This document shows positions 33,738 through 43,468 of a DNA stretch of 64,000 bases, one piece after another. The notes beneath the pieces were generated by a model, which saw nothing but the letters and a program-made list of their open reading frames with translations, was not told where the DNA came from and ran no database searches. Source of the DNA: Rectinemataceae bacterium (GTDB lineage: Bacteria > Spirochaetota > Spirochaetia > Treponematales > Rectinemataceae); NCBI GenBank assembly GCA_035531315.1, contig DATKTD010000340.1:4731-68730 (forward strand), read 5' to 3'. How positions within the stretch are numbered: the first letter of the stretch is position 1; every line of letters starts with the position of its first letter. Both the position numbers and the translations under genes were made by a program.

Positions 33738-36700
33738 TCAGCGATAGTCCTCCCAGGGCCGTATCTCGAGGCCCATGTCCCTCTCGTGCCTGAGCGAATG
33801 GATGAAGCTCCGGGCAACCTTGATGTTGGTGATGAGGGGTATGTCGAAGTCGACGGCCTCCCGGCGTATCCGCCAGTCGTTTCGCAGCTCGCGCTCGCGG
33901 TTGTTCTTGGGCACGTTGATGACGAGGTCGAAGGCCCGCTCGCGCAGCATCGTCGCGATGTTCGGCTCCCTGCCCTCGAGGGGCCAGTGGAGGGCCGTCG
34001 CCGCCACGCCGTTCTCGCCGAGGAAGCGGGCCGTGCCGTGTGAGGCGAAGATCTCGCTTCCCATCTCGATAAGGGCGCGGGCGCTCTCGAGAAACTCGAC
34101 CTTGTCCGCGATGGGGCCGGTCGAGAGGAGGACCCTGCGGAGGGGTCTCCGATAGCCCACCGAAAGCATGGCCTTGAGGAAGGCGTCGTCGAGATCGGTG
34201 CCGATGCAGCCCACCTCGCCGGTGCTCGCCATCTCGACGCCGCTCACCGGATCGGCTCCGTGTATCCGCGAGAAACTGAACTGGGCGGCCTTGACGCCGA
34301 CCCAGCCCAGATCGAGGGCCGAGGACTCAACGCGCGAGACCTTCTCCCCGAGGATGGCCCTGGTCGCCAACTCGATCATGTTGACGCGGGAGACCTTCGA
34401 ACAGAAGGGGAAGCTCCGGCTCGCGCGGAGATTGAGCTCGATCACCATCACGCTGTTGTCGGTGGCGAGGAACTGGATGTTGAAGGGCCCGGTGATGTCG
34501 AGGGCCGTGGCGAGCCTCGCGGCGATGTCGCGGGCCTTGCGGGCCGTGGCGAGGTAGATGCGCTGGGCCGGAAGCACGACGGTGGCGTCGCCCGAATGGA
34601 TTCCCGCGTTCTCGACGTGCTCGGTGAGAGTATGGAAGAGAATCTCGCCCCGCTTCGCCACGGCGTCGATCTCGATCTCCTTGGCCCCCTCGACGAACTT
34701 CGTGACCACCACCGGGTGCTCGGCCGAAAGGCCCTCGGCCAGATCGAGGGCGGCGGAAAGGCTCGCGTCGTCCCAGGCGACCTTCATGGCCGCCCCGGAA
34801 AGGACATAACTGGGACGAACGAGGACTGGATAGCCGACGACGGCGGCGAAGGCGAGGGCCTCGGGGCGGCTCGAGAGTTCCTTCCAGGCGGGCTGATGGA
34901 CGCCGAGCTCGTCGCAGAGCGCCGAGAACTTGTGTCTGTCCTCGGCCCGGTCTATCGAAGAAGCCGGGGTCCCGAGGATGACCGATCCCGCCGTCTCGAG
35001 CCCGAGAGCCAGATTGTTCGGAACCTGGCCGCCCATCGATAGGAGGAGGCCCTCGGGGCGCTCGAAATCGCGGATGTCGAGGATCCGCTCGAGCGAGAGT
35101 TCCTCGAAGTAGAGGCGGTCGCAGACGTCCCAATCGGTGCTGACCGTCTCGGGGTTGCAGTTGACCATGATGGTGTGGCGGCCGGCCCGTCGGGCCGTCT
35201 CGACCGCGTTGACGCAGCACCAATCGAATTCGACGCTGGAGCCGATGCGATAGGGACCCGAGCCGAGGACCATCACGCCCTTCCCCGAGGGGCTCACGTC
35301 GCCCTCGCCGCCGCCGAGCCTCGCGTCGCCATAAGTCATGTAGAGGTAATTGGCACGGGCGGGGAATTCGGCGGCCAGGGTGTCGATCTGCCTGACGAGG
35401 GGCCGTATCCCGGCCTTTTCGCGCAGGGCGCGGACCGAGCTCTCGGCCATGCCGCAGAGGGCCCCGATCCGCGCGTCGGAGAAGCCACGGCGCTTGGCCT
35501 CGAGGATGAGTCCGGCCTCGGGAGGGCGGGCAAGTGGCTTCGCCCCCGAGCCCCGCCTCGGACCGGACCCGAGGCCCTCCTCGGCCGGTCCTTCCTCCCC
35601 GCCGAGAAGCCGCTCGATCCGGAGCACATTGGCCATCTTCGCGAGGAACCAGCGATCGATCCTCGTGATGGCGTGTATCTGGTCGACACTCATGCCTACC
35701 GCGAGGGCCCGATAGACGGCGAATATCCGTCTGTCCGTGGGGCTTCCCAGGGCTGCGCGAAGCTTGGGTCCCGGGGGGATGCTCTCGTCGGCGACCAGCC
35801 CCGAAACCCCGGTCTCGGTCATGCGGAGGGCCTTCTGGAGGGCTTCTTCGAAACTGCGGCCGATCGACATGACCTCGCCCACCGACTTCATCTCGCTGCC
35901 TATGCCCCTTTCGGCCTCGGGAAACTTGCCGAGGTCCCAGCGGGGGATCTTCACGACGCAGTAGTCGAGGGCCGGTTCGAAGCAGGACTTCGTGGCCCCC
36001 GTCATCCGGTTTTCGATGTCGACGAGGGCCTGGCCGAGGCCGAGCTTGGCGGCGACGAAGGCCAGGGGGAAGCCCGTCGCCTTCGAGGCCAGGGCCGAGC
36101 TCCGCGAGAGGCGGGCGTTCACCTCGATGACCCGGTAGGCCGCGGAATCGGGATCGAGGGCGAACTGGACATTGCACTCGCCCACTATGCCGAGGTGGCG
36201 AACGAGGCGGATCGAGACCGATCGGAGAAGCTGGTACTCGGCGTCGTTCAGGGTCTGGGAGGGGGCGACGACGATGCTCTCGCCCGTATGGATGCCGAGG
36301 GGATCGAAATTCTCCATGTTGCAGACGGTGATGCAGTTGTCGTGGCGGTCGCGGACAACCTCGTACTCGATCTCCTTCCAGCCGCCGAGCCACTCCTCGA
36401 CGAGAACCTGGGGCGACACGGCGAGGGCCCGCGCGCAGCGTCTTCGGAGTGACTTCTCGTCGCGACACATACCCGAGCCCGAGCCGCCGAGGGAATAGGC
36501 CGCCCGGAGCATCACCGGATAGCCGAGGCGGCCGGCCGCCGCGAGGGCCCCCTCGACATCGGTGGCGGCCTCGCTCCTGGGCGTGTCGATGCCGATCGAG
36601 GCGAGGGTGCGCGCGAAGAGGTCGCGGTCCTCCGTGAGCTCGATGGCGCGGACTGGGGTGCCGAGGACGCGGACGCCGAACTCCTCAAGGCTGCCGTCGC

Positions 36701-37013
36701 GATCGAGGGCGATGCCGCAGTTGAGGGCGGTCTGGCCGCCGAAGGAGAGGAGGATGCCGTCGGGTCTTTCTTTCTCGATGACCCGTCTCACGAATTCGGG
36801 CGTCACGGGGAGGAAGTAGGTCGCGTCCGCCATGCCTTCGCTGGTCTGGATGGTGGCGATGTTGGGGTTGACGAGGATGGTGGCGATGCCCTCCTCGCGC
36901 AGGGCCTTGAGGGCCTGCGAACCCGAGTAATCGAACTCCCCGGCCTGCCCGATCCGGAGGCCCCCGGAGCCGAGAACGAGCACCTTGCGCGGCGCGGTAA
37001 TGCTGTCGCTCAC
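33738..37013 (-). CDS. carB: carbamoyl-phosphate synthase large subunit
   Basis: 1091 aa. GTG start overlaps the carA stop. KVLVLGSGGLRIGQAGEFDYSGSQA, duplicated ATP-grasp halves, and a C-terminal MGS-like domain. Confidence 0.97.
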   Translation of the reverse strand: MSDSITAPRKVLVLGSGGLRIGQAGEFDYSGSQALKALREEGIATILVNPNIATIQTSEGMADATYFLPVTPEFVRRVIEKERPDGILLSFGGQTALNCGIALDRDGSLEEFGVRVLGTPVRAIELTEDRDLFARTLASIGIDTPRSEAATDVEGALAAAGRLGYPVMLRAAYSLGGSGSGMCRDEKSLRRRCARALAVSPQVLVEEWLGGWKEIEYEVVRDRHDNCITVCNMENFDPLGIHTGESIVVAPSQTLNDAEYQLLRSVSIRLVRHLGIVGECNVQFALDPDSAAYRVIEVNARLSRSSALASKATGFPLAFVAAKLGLGQALVDIENRMTGATKSCFEPALDYCVVKIPRWDLGKFPEAERGIGSEMKSVGEVMSIGRSFEEALQKALRMTETGVSGLVADESIPPGPKLRAALGSPTDRRIFAVYRALAVGMSVDQIHAITRIDRWFLAKMANVLRIERLLGGEEGPAEEGLGSGPRRGSGAKPLARPPEAGLILEAKRRGFSDARIGALCGMAESSVRALREKAGIRPLVRQIDTLAAEFPARANYLYMTYGDARLGGGEGDVSPSGKGVMVLGSGPYRIGSSVEFDWCCVNAVETARRAGRHTIMVNCNPETVSTDWDVCDRLYFEELSLERILDIRDFERPEGLLLSMGGQVPNNLALGLETAGSVILGTPASSIDRAEDRHKFSALCDELGVHQPAWKELSSRPEALAFAAVVGYPVLVRPSYVLSGAAMKVAWDDASLSAALDLAEGLSAEHPVVVTKFVEGAKEIEIDAVAKRGEILFHTLTEHVENAGIHSGDATVVLPAQRIYLATARKARDIAARLATALDITGPFNIQFLATDNSVMVIELNLRASRSFPFCSKVSRVNMIELATRAILGEKVSRVESSALDLGWVGVKAAQFSFSRIHGADPVSGVEMASTGEVGCIGTDLDDAFLKAMLSVGYRRPLRRVLLSTGPIADKVEFLESARALIEMGSEIFASHGTARFLGENGVAATALHWPLEGREPNIATMLRERAFDLVINVPKNNRERELRNDWRIRREAVDFDIPLITNIKVARSFIHSLRHERDMGLEIRPWEDYR

Positions 37014-38143
37014 TTCGTCCTCCTCGCGTCTTCGACATCGGCCAGGAAGTCGTCGATCAGGTACTCCGTATCCCTGGGGCCAGGGCAGCCCTCGGGATGG
37101 AACTGGACGGCGCGGAAGGGACCGCGCCTCGAACGTATGCCCTCGACGCTGCCGTCGTTGGCATTGACGAACCAGGGCTCCCAGTCGCGCGGTATGCTCT
37201 CCTCGCGGACCGCCCAGCCGTGGTTCTGGCTGGTGATGGAGCAGCGCCTGGTTCCCACTTCGATACAGGGTTGGTTGAGGCCTCGGTGACCGTAGGGCAG
37301 CTTGTAGGTGTCGGCGCCGGCGGCGAGGGCCATCAGCTGGTTTCCGAGACAGATGCCGAAGGTCGGTTTGTCATCCTTCAGGGCTCGCCGGATATTCGCT
37401 ATGGTCCGGCCGCAGGCCTTCGGATCGCCGGGGCCGTTCGAAAGAAATACGCCGTCGTGCTCGATGCCTTCGAGGTCGTGGTCCCAGGGCAGGCGGATCA
37501 CCGTGGCGCCCCGATCGAGGAGGACCCGGAGGATATTGGCCTTGGCGCCGCAATCGACGAGGGCGATGCGGGGAGCGGCCCTCCCCTCGCGATCCGGCGG
37601 CGATTCGTAGACGCGGAGCTCCTTCGGCGAGACCTCGGCGACCGGGTGGGCCAGATCCCCCGAGTCGAGATCGACGGGGAGCTCGCCATCGACGAGGATG
37701 GCCCCCCGCATCACCCCCGCCTCGCGGAGATGCCTGATGAGGCTCCTCGTGTCGATGCCGGCTATGCCCGGTACGCCCTCGCCCTCCAACCAGGAGCCGA
37801 GGGTCGAGGCGGAATCGCGGTGGCTCGGCTCTTCGCAGGCCTCCGACACGACGAGACCCGACACCTGAATGCGCTCCGATTCGAGCTCGAGGGGAAGGCC
37901 GCGGGAGTCGAGGCGGGGGCGAGCCTTCTCGTCGAGGGGAACGCCATAGTTGCCGGCCAGGGGCCAGGCCAGGACGAGGATCTGTCCGCGGAAGGATGGA
38001 TCGGTGAGGGACTGGGGATAGCCGGCCATGCCGGTGGAGAAGACGACCTCTCCGGCCCGCGGCGAGGCCGCTCCGAAGGACCAGCCTTCGAACTCCCTGC
38101 CGTCCTCGAGGACGAGGCGAGCCGCGCGGCGTTGTGTGGTCAC
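37010..38143 (-). CDS. carA: carbamoyl-phosphate synthase small (glutaminase) subunit
   Basis: GTG start with AAGGAGG upstream. LVLEDGREFEGWSFG. GICLGNQL (catalytic Cys). VQFHPE. Confidence 0.96.
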   Translation of the reverse strand: MTTQRRAARLVLEDGREFEGWSFGAASPRAGEVVFSTGMAGYPQSLTDPSFRGQILVLAWPLAGNYGVPLDEKARPRLDSRGLPLELESERIQVSGLVVSEACEEPSHRDSASTLGSWLEGEGVPGIAGIDTRSLIRHLREAGVMRGAILVDGELPVDLDSGDLAHPVAEVSPKELRVYESPPDREGRAAPRIALVDCGAKANILRVLLDRGATVIRLPWDHDLEGIEHDGVFLSNGPGDPKACGRTIANIRRALKDDKPTFGICLGNQLMALAAGADTYKLPYGHRGLNQPCIEVGTRRCSITSQNHGWAVREESIPRDWEPWFVNANDGSVEGIRSRRGPFRAVQFHPEGCPGPRDTEYLIDDFLADVEDARRTK

Positions 38144-38160
38144 GAAGCCTCCTTCCCGCT

Positions 38161-38195
38161 AAAAAGCGGAATGCCTTTCGGCAACCGCGATTCCG
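38161..38195 (-). terminator. terminator-like hairpin plus U5 in the carA leader (candidate attenuator)
   Basis: Minus strand: CGGAAT-CGCGGTT-GCC-GAAA-GGC-ATTCCG-C-TTTTT, ending 7 nt before the carA Shine-Dalgarno. An overlapping alternative pairing CCGC-TTTTTA-GCGG is possible. Confidence 0.4.
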
Positions 38196-38249
38196 TCGCC
38201 GGAAGGTAGGCAGAAAATATGCTAAAGGAGGGGCTTGCTCAAGGGGTTT

Positions 38250-38287
38250 TCTGCAAATTTATGCAGATTAATGTATATTTATGCAGA
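38250..38287. promoter_or_regulatory. AT-rich operator-like repeats upstream of carA
   Basis: Inverted repeat TCTGCA-N6-TGCAGA (38250-38267). An 11-nt direct repeat ATTTATGCAGA occurs at 38257-38267 and 38277-38287, with 20-nt phasing. Confidence 0.4.
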
Positions 38288-38356
38288 ATGGTCGCTCATT
38301 TACTGCCGCCAGGATCGAAGGGGCAAGGGATCGCGAGACCGAAGCCTGCCCTTGAC

Positions 38357-39133
38357 TCAGTCTCCTCCCTCATGGTCTCCGCCTTCGGCCGAAGGTCTTT
38401 CCGCCGTCGACTGGGGGCGGCTTTCAGTCTGGGTGCCTGCGCGAGCCTCGCCCCCAGCTCGACTTCTATCCTGGCTTGTTGCCGAAGGTTGGGCCTGGAA
38501 GGAGGCGATAAGGGCGATGGTCGCCTCTTCTGGCGTCATGTTCCTGGCAAGGAGGTCGGCGAGGGTCCCGCGAACTCCCCTAAAACGGGGCGTGGGCAGG
38601 GGGCTCGCCGCAAGGGCCCCGACAAGGGCAAAGCGCTGATCGGCGTTGAGCGAAAGGCCGGCGACCGCCGATAGGACGGCGACCGCGCGATCCCTCGTGG
38701 CCTGGCCGGAACCGACCCTTTTGACGGAACCGTCGAAGGCCGCGTCTATGTCTCGACGCTGGAGGCCGGCTCGCAGGGCGATGCCGACCTGGGACATCAG
38801 GTTGCCGGCCGAAGCCGAGTCGGTCGGGAGCAAGCCCCGGGCCTCGATATCGGCAGCTACCTCGAAGAGATGATTCATCTCCAGGCTAAGGGCCGAAAGG
38901 AGGCGGTCGGGGGCCACATGCTTGCGCGCGCCCTCGGCCAGGCGCTCGGCGAGGGGACGATCGCTATGCATGTCGCTGATCGAGCGCTCGGCGAGGAGGA
39001 CGAAATCCTGTCTCACGGATGCGTAGGCCTTCGCGTCGGAAGCGCGCGCGAACCAGGATTCCACGTCCTGGGCCGCGAGGGCGGTCGAACCGAGGAAGGC
39101 GAAGATGAGCCCCAGAAAAAGCCCTGGTTTCAT
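38357..39133 (-). CDS. secreted helical protein of unknown function (third gene of ECF module A; paralogue of 58560..59324)
   Basis: Track ORF 38357..39181, trimmed to ATG 39133 (MKPGLFLGLIFAFLGSTALAAQD). It shares blocks with 58560..59324: ERLAEGARKHVAPDRLLSAL vs ERLQEGALKNIRPALLGPAL, and ALVGALAAS vs ALGRALAAS. Confidence 0.65.
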   Translation of the reverse strand: MKPGLFLGLIFAFLGSTALAAQDVESWFARASDAKAYASVRQDFVLLAERSISDMHSDRPLAERLAEGARKHVAPDRLLSALSLEMNHLFEVAADIEARGLLPTDSASAGNLMSQVGIALRAGLQRRDIDAAFDGSVKRVGSGQATRDRAVAVLSAVAGLSLNADQRFALVGALAASPLPTPRFRGVRGTLADLLARNMTPEEATIALIASFQAQPSATSQDRSRAGGEARAGTQTESRPQSTAERPSAEGGDHEGGD

Positions 39134-39143
39134 CGATCCAACC

Positions 39144-39764
39144 TCACAGTCGGAGGAGGCTGCCCGAGCCCCCGAAGCCATCGTCGACCTTGGCCTCGAC
39201 CGAGGGGTCGGGAACCCAACGAACGCCGTCGATCACGAAGTCGTAGACGTACATCTTTCCCTTCGGCAGTTCGACCCTGAGTTCCCAGGGTTGGCCAGGA
39301 TCCTTACGCCGCAACTCATGGACGGCCGGATTCCATTTATTGAAGTCGCCGACGAGGGAGACCGTCTTGGCCGAAGGAGCGTTGAGGACGAAGAGCACCG
39401 AAACCGTGTTTCTCCGCTGAGGCGCGAGGACGCGGGAGCCGAAGCCGGCGCCGACGAGGAAGAGGGCCAGGGCCGCCGCCGCCGCCAAAACGAGGCCCCT
39501 CGAAGAAATGGAAGAATGCCGACGCGATTCGATCCGGCCAAGCACCCGGTCGGCATAGCCCGCGGGAAGGACCGCGGCAGGGAGGGCCGAGGCACCTTCG
39601 ACATCGCGGCCGATCAAAGCGAGGATCGCGTCGAAACGCGGGGCACAGGCGGCGCAACCACGCGCGTGGGTCCGGGCGGCGGCAAGGGATTCCGCCTCCG
39701 GCAAGCCTCCCGACTCCCAGGTCCGGACGAGGACTTCGACCTTCGCACACTCCATCATTTTCAA
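39144..39764 (-). CDS. anti-sigma factor: zf-HC2, one TM segment, periplasmic CBM48/AMPK-beta glycogen-binding-like domain
   Basis: MMECAKVEVL...HARGCAACAPRF (HxxxCxxC). TM: GLVLAAAAALALFLVGAGF. C-terminus: VSLVGDFNKWNP...WELRVELPKGKMYVYDFVIDGVRWVPDP. The start is TTG 39764 or ATG 39758 (by analogy with the paralogue MMRNC). Confidence 0.8.
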   Translation of the reverse strand: MKMMECAKVEVLVRTWESGGLPEAESLAAARTHARGCAACAPRFDAILALIGRDVEGASALPAAVLPAGYADRVLGRIESRRHSSISSRGLVLAAAAALALFLVGAGFGSRVLAPQRRNTVSVLFVLNAPSAKTVSLVGDFNKWNPAVHELRRKDPGQPWELRVELPKGKMYVYDFVIDGVRWVPDPSVEAKVDDGFGGSGSLLRL

Positions 39765-40336
39765 TTACTCCCCCCGGCTAGCTCCGGTTGTGACTTTTCG
39801 AGCTTTGTCCTGAGCTTTCCCCTCGCCCTGAAGAGCCGCGACTTCACGGCCTCCTCGCCGAGGCCGAGGGCCTTCGCCGTCTCGCGTATGTCGAGGCCCG
39901 CGAAGTAGTACAGCTCCACGACGCGGCGAAGATCCGTCGAAAGCGCGGCGACCGCCCCGCGGAGCTCCTCGGCCCTGAGCCCCTCGTGGGCGGCCTCGGT
40001 CGGATCCTCCTCCGGGGCCGCCGAGAGTTCGACGGCGACGGCCTGGTTCTTTCGGGTTTCGAAGGCCCTCGAACGCCAGCGGCTCCGCACATGGTTGGCG
40101 GCGATAGCGAAGAGCCAGGCGGCGAAACTTTCGCCGACGCGAAAACGCCCCAGGGCCGACCACACGCGCACGAAGACCTCCTGCGAGGCATCGAGGGCAT
40201 CCTCCTCGGAGTCGAGGCGGGAACGAAGATAGGAGACCAGCCTGGGCCCCCATTCCTCCACGATTTCCCTGAAGGCCCCTTCATCTCCCCCGCGGGCGCG
40301 GAGGATGCGGTCGTCGATCGTTGCTGCTTCGGACAT
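39761..40336 (-). CDS. ECF-type RNA polymerase sigma factor (module A)
   Basis: Track ORF 39761..40642, trimmed to ATG 40336 (MSEAATIDDRILRARGGDEGAFREIVEEW). Region 2: DASQEVFVRVWSALGRFRVGESFAAWLFAIAANHV. Region 4: VVELYYFAGLDIRETAKALGLGEEAVKSRLFRARGKL. Confidence 0.9.
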   Translation of the reverse strand: MSEAATIDDRILRARGGDEGAFREIVEEWGPRLVSYLRSRLDSEEDALDASQEVFVRVWSALGRFRVGESFAAWLFAIAANHVRSRWRSRAFETRKNQAVAVELSAAPEEDPTEAAHEGLRAEELRGAVAALSTDLRRVVELYYFAGLDIRETAKALGLGEEAVKSRLFRARGKLRTKLEKSQPELAGGSN

Positions 40337-40579
40337 TGCCGGAATTCTATCGACATTGCCGTCTTTCTTCCATACGTATCGCCACGGAGGGCTCGGAAAG
40401 CGATTCGGCCCGAGAGCCCGGACCCTTCTTTCATCCGAAGTTCCGCGGTCCGTCGCCGAGAAGCGGCGCGGGTGCATTTTTTTCCACGACCCTTTCGCAA
40501 CCGATTTCCGGGCGGCGAGTATCCCCTTGCGTCCGGACGCGAAGACGATACGAAGAGCGCCCGGCCAAAGGAGAAGACT

Positions 40580-41143
40580 TTGAAAAAGACCCTGGCTATT
40601 CTTATCACCCTGGCTATCTTCGGTTTCGGCGCCGCGGCGCAAGGCGCGACGAACTCCACGGGCAACAGCGAGCTGGACGCCTACCTCGCCCAGCTCAACC
40701 AGGCCGGGAGCGCGAACTCCAGCACCGTCCTCGCCCAGCTCGCCAACAAGTTCAAGGTGCCCGTATCGACCCTCGACACGCTCGCCAAGGAGGGCTACAA
40801 GCCCGGCGAGATCATGTTCGCCCTCGAGCTATCCAAGGCCTCGGGGAAGAGCCTCGGGCAGGTCGTCGCCCTCGCCAAGGGCAAGGGACACGAGTGGGGC
40901 CTCGTCGCCCAGTCCCTCGGCATCAAACCCGGCTCGAAGGATTTCAAGGAGCTCGTCGGCACGGCCAAGGACGACGCCGAGACCATCAAGACCCAGACCG
41001 AGACCAAGACCGAGGTCCAGGCCGAAAGCCCCGATAACGCCGACAAGCAGGACGTCGAGACGGAGAAATCGTCCGGCCATGGCGGCAAGACCGAAGGCTC
41101 GGGCCACGAAAGCGGATCGTCCGGAGCGGGAGAGAAGGACTGA
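40580..41143 (+). CDS. small secreted protein, unknown function (divergent from ECF sigma A)
   Basis: TTG start with AAGGAG 6 nt upstream. (M)KKTLAILITLAIFGFGAAAQG signal peptide. Acidic, T/E/K-rich tail. This is only the 3' part of track ORF 39986..41143. Confidence 0.6.
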   Translation: MKKTLAILITLAIFGFGAAAQGATNSTGNSELDAYLAQLNQAGSANSSTVLAQLANKFKVPVSTLDTLAKEGYKPGEIMFALELSKASGKSLGQVVALAKGKGHEWGLVAQSLGIKPGSKDFKELVGTAKDDAETIKTQTETKTEVQAESPDNADKQDVETEKSSGHGGKTEGSGHESGSSGAGEKD

Positions 41144-41167
41144 AGTAGGACTATTTCAAATAACCTG

Positions 41168-41201
41168 AGCCGCCGAAAGGCGGCTTGCCGAAAGGCGGCT
41201 T
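41168..41201. terminator. tandem GAAA-loop hairpins (15-nt unit GCCGAAAGGCGGCTT x2) between convergent genes
   Basis: AGCCGCC-GAAA-GGCGGCT, then the repeat GCC-GAAA-GGC GGCTT. Direct repeat units are at 41172-41186 and 41187-41201. Confidence 0.5.
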
Positions 41202-41279
41202 GCCGGTCAGGCCTTCATTCGGGGGAGGCCGGATCGGCGAGGGGGGCGGGGCGAGGGCCAAGAGGCCTTCCCCGCCCCT

Positions 41280-43421
41280 TCATTTTTTCTTCTCGATGAC
41301 CGATTGTTCCGCTCCCGTCAGCACGAAACCGTTGAGGAGGGCCTGGAGCCGGTCGACCACTTCCTTGTTCTCGTTGGTCACGGTCTTGAGGTGGCGGATG
41401 CCCGCTATGATGTCGCGGTTGCCCTCGGCCTGCCTCGTCGTGGCGGCCACGATGCGATCGAAGACCTGCACGAGGCGGCCGATGATGGCGCGCATCGCCT
41501 CGCCTTCGGCCTTCTGCGCCTCGGCTATCGTCCTGATGCCCTGGCTCTCCTCGACGAGTGAGGACATGGCCCGGACGATCTCGTCGGCCCCCTCGCCCTG
41601 CTCGCGCATGCCGGCCGCGATCTGGTCGATGAGGGCCGTCGTGCCTCCCACGTCGGCGGCGATCCGCTTGAGGGCCTCGCTCGCCTCCTCGGCGAGACGC
41701 ACGTCGTCCTCGATGAGGCTCCTCATGTCGCGGATCTGTGCGCCGATGTCCTTCGCGCTCTTCGCGCTCGACTCGGCGAGATTGCGCACCTCCGAGGCCA
41801 CCACGGCGAAACCCGCGCCGGCCTCCCCCGCGTGGGCGGCCTCGATGGCCGCGTTCATGGCCAGTAGGTTGGTCTGGGAGGCTATCTTCGAGATGACCTC
41901 GACGAAGGAGGCGACGCGTTGCGAGGCGGCGGCGACGTCGCGGATGGCCCGGGCCGCGTTCTCGACGGCCCTGTTGCCTCCCTCGGCGACGCTGCCCAGC
42001 TTCGATGCCACCTCGTTGGCGCGGGCGGTGGCGTTGCCCACGGATTGGATGTTGGCGGCCATCTCCGAGACGGCGGCCGAGGTCTGCTCGACCGCGCTGG
42101 CCTGGCCGTCCACGTGCTCCGAGATCTTCCTGAGCGAATCGAGGGTGTGGCCGAGGGAGGCGGAGGCCTCACCCACGAGGCCGGCCTGCCCCGAGGCGTC
42201 GGCGCTCGTGCCCTCGATCGACTCGACCATCATCTCCGTCGTCGCCATGGTCTCGGCGAGGACATCCCTCAGCGAAAGCGAGGATTTGGCGACCCGCTCG
42301 CCGGCCTCGGCGAAGCGGGAGAAGAGGTCCTTGAGCTTCTCGATGAAGACATTGATCGTGTCGGCGAGATCGCCTATCTCGTCGAACTGACCGATGACGA
42401 GGCGCTGCGTGAGGTCGGCCTTCCCCGCGATGATGCTCCGGAGCTTCTCCTGCAGCGAATTGTATTGCATGCGGCGATAGCGGCTCGACGCGAGCTGGAT
42501 GAACACGGCCAGGCCGACGAGGAAGACGAGGATGGGGATGTAGATCGCGAAGGGATTGACCGTGCCCTCCGTGGCCATCTCCGAGACGGCGATGTCCTTT
42601 TCGGGCACGCCGAGGTAGGCGGCCACGGCCCGTTTGTACTCCGCGCTGGCCGTCTCGAAGTCCTTCCCTCCCGAGGCGGTCGTCTGGTAGATCCGGTCGC
42701 GCATGATCGTCGCCTCGTTGATAGCCTGACCCACGCCGACGACGGTGAACATCGTGTACATGGCGAGGGCGATGGTGACGATCATCGAGCGCCGCCCCTC
42801 TGTCCATTCCCTGAAGCTGCCGACGAAGCGGACCCGGAGGAGGGCCCGGGGCGGAGAGAGGAGAAGGTTGTTGATCACGATCTGGACGGAGGCGCAGACC
42901 AGGGCTCCCGCGAGGTATTGGAGGAGGAAGACGACGAGCTGCGAGCCGCTGAGGATCGTCCCGCGGGCGCCCACGAAAAGGGCGAGGACGAAGCCGGCGA
43001 TGTTGAAGAGGATGATTATCCTGGGCAGGCTGACGACGGCGCGAAGGGCCCGATTGAAGGAGTCCACGCTTATCTTCCGCCCCGCCTCGATGTCGCCGAC
43101 CGCGGCCGAAAAGGGTCTCATCCAGAGGAGGATGCCCAGCACGGCGATGAGGACGGAGGGCAACACCGATATGATCGCATAGCGGGCGAGCCCGGCGAAG
43201 AAGACCCCGGAATCGAAGGTGTCATAGGCGATTTGAAAGGCGAACTCGTTGAGCAATTTCTGGGCGAAAAGGCTCACCGACATCAGAATGGCAGTACTAA
43301 GTGCGATACCGGAGCGCCAGGGCAGGCCGGAAGGCCTTGGCAGAGCGGCAGAATTGGCTGAATCATCCATTGGCGCGATTATAGCTTCAAGACTGAAATG
43401 ATGCCATACGACCAGCTTCAT
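41280..43421 (-). CDS. methyl-accepting chemotaxis protein with polytopic N-terminal membrane domain
   Basis: Several TM helices, a HAMP-like region, and the signalling hairpin [39 protein letters not shown]. Start options are TTG 43424, ATG 43421 and ATG 43370. Confidence 0.9.
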   Translation of the reverse strand: MKLVVWHHFSLEAIIAPMDDSANSAALPRPSGLPWRSGIALSTAILMSVSLFAQKLLNEFAFQIAYDTFDSGVFFAGLARYAIISVLPSVLIAVLGILLWMRPFSAAVGDIEAGRKISVDSFNRALRAVVSLPRIIILFNIAGFVLALFVGARGTILSGSQLVVFLLQYLAGALVCASVQIVINNLLLSPPRALLRVRFVGSFREWTEGRRSMIVTIALAMYTMFTVVGVGQAINEATIMRDRIYQTTASGGKDFETASAEYKRAVAAYLGVPEKDIAVSEMATEGTVNPFAIYIPILVFLVGLAVFIQLASSRYRRMQYNSLQEKLRSIIAGKADLTQRLVIGQFDEIGDLADTINVFIEKLKDLFSRFAEAGERVAKSSLSLRDVLAETMATTEMMVESIEGTSADASGQAGLVGEASASLGHTLDSLRKISEHVDGQASAVEQTSAAVSEMAANIQSVGNATARANEVASKLGSVAEGGNRAVENAARAIRDVAAASQRVASFVEVISKIASQTNLLAMNAAIEAAHAGEAGAGFAVVASEVRNLAESSAKSAKDIGAQIRDMRSLIEDDVRLAEEASEALKRIAADVGGTTALIDQIAAGMREQGEGADEIVRAMSSLVEESQGIRTIAEAQKAEGEAMRAIIGRLVQVFDRIVAATTRQAEGNRDIIAGIRHLKTVTNENKEVVDRLQALLNGFVLTGAEQSVIEKKK

Positions 43422-43468
43422 CAATCTTTGGCCTGTTGTGGGAGCCTCGCCTCGACTATACTTTCGGC

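Noticed and set aside
34327-36468. 713-aa minus-strand ORF inside carB, and similar ORFs (31462..32418, 28166..29455, 28918..30417, 37097..38209, 41919..43361, 44290..45672, 49360..50742, 60305..61561, 62658..63782)
   Set aside because: All are alternate-frame or antisense shadows of genes with unambiguous motifs. They have extreme R/P/G content and no recognisable domains.
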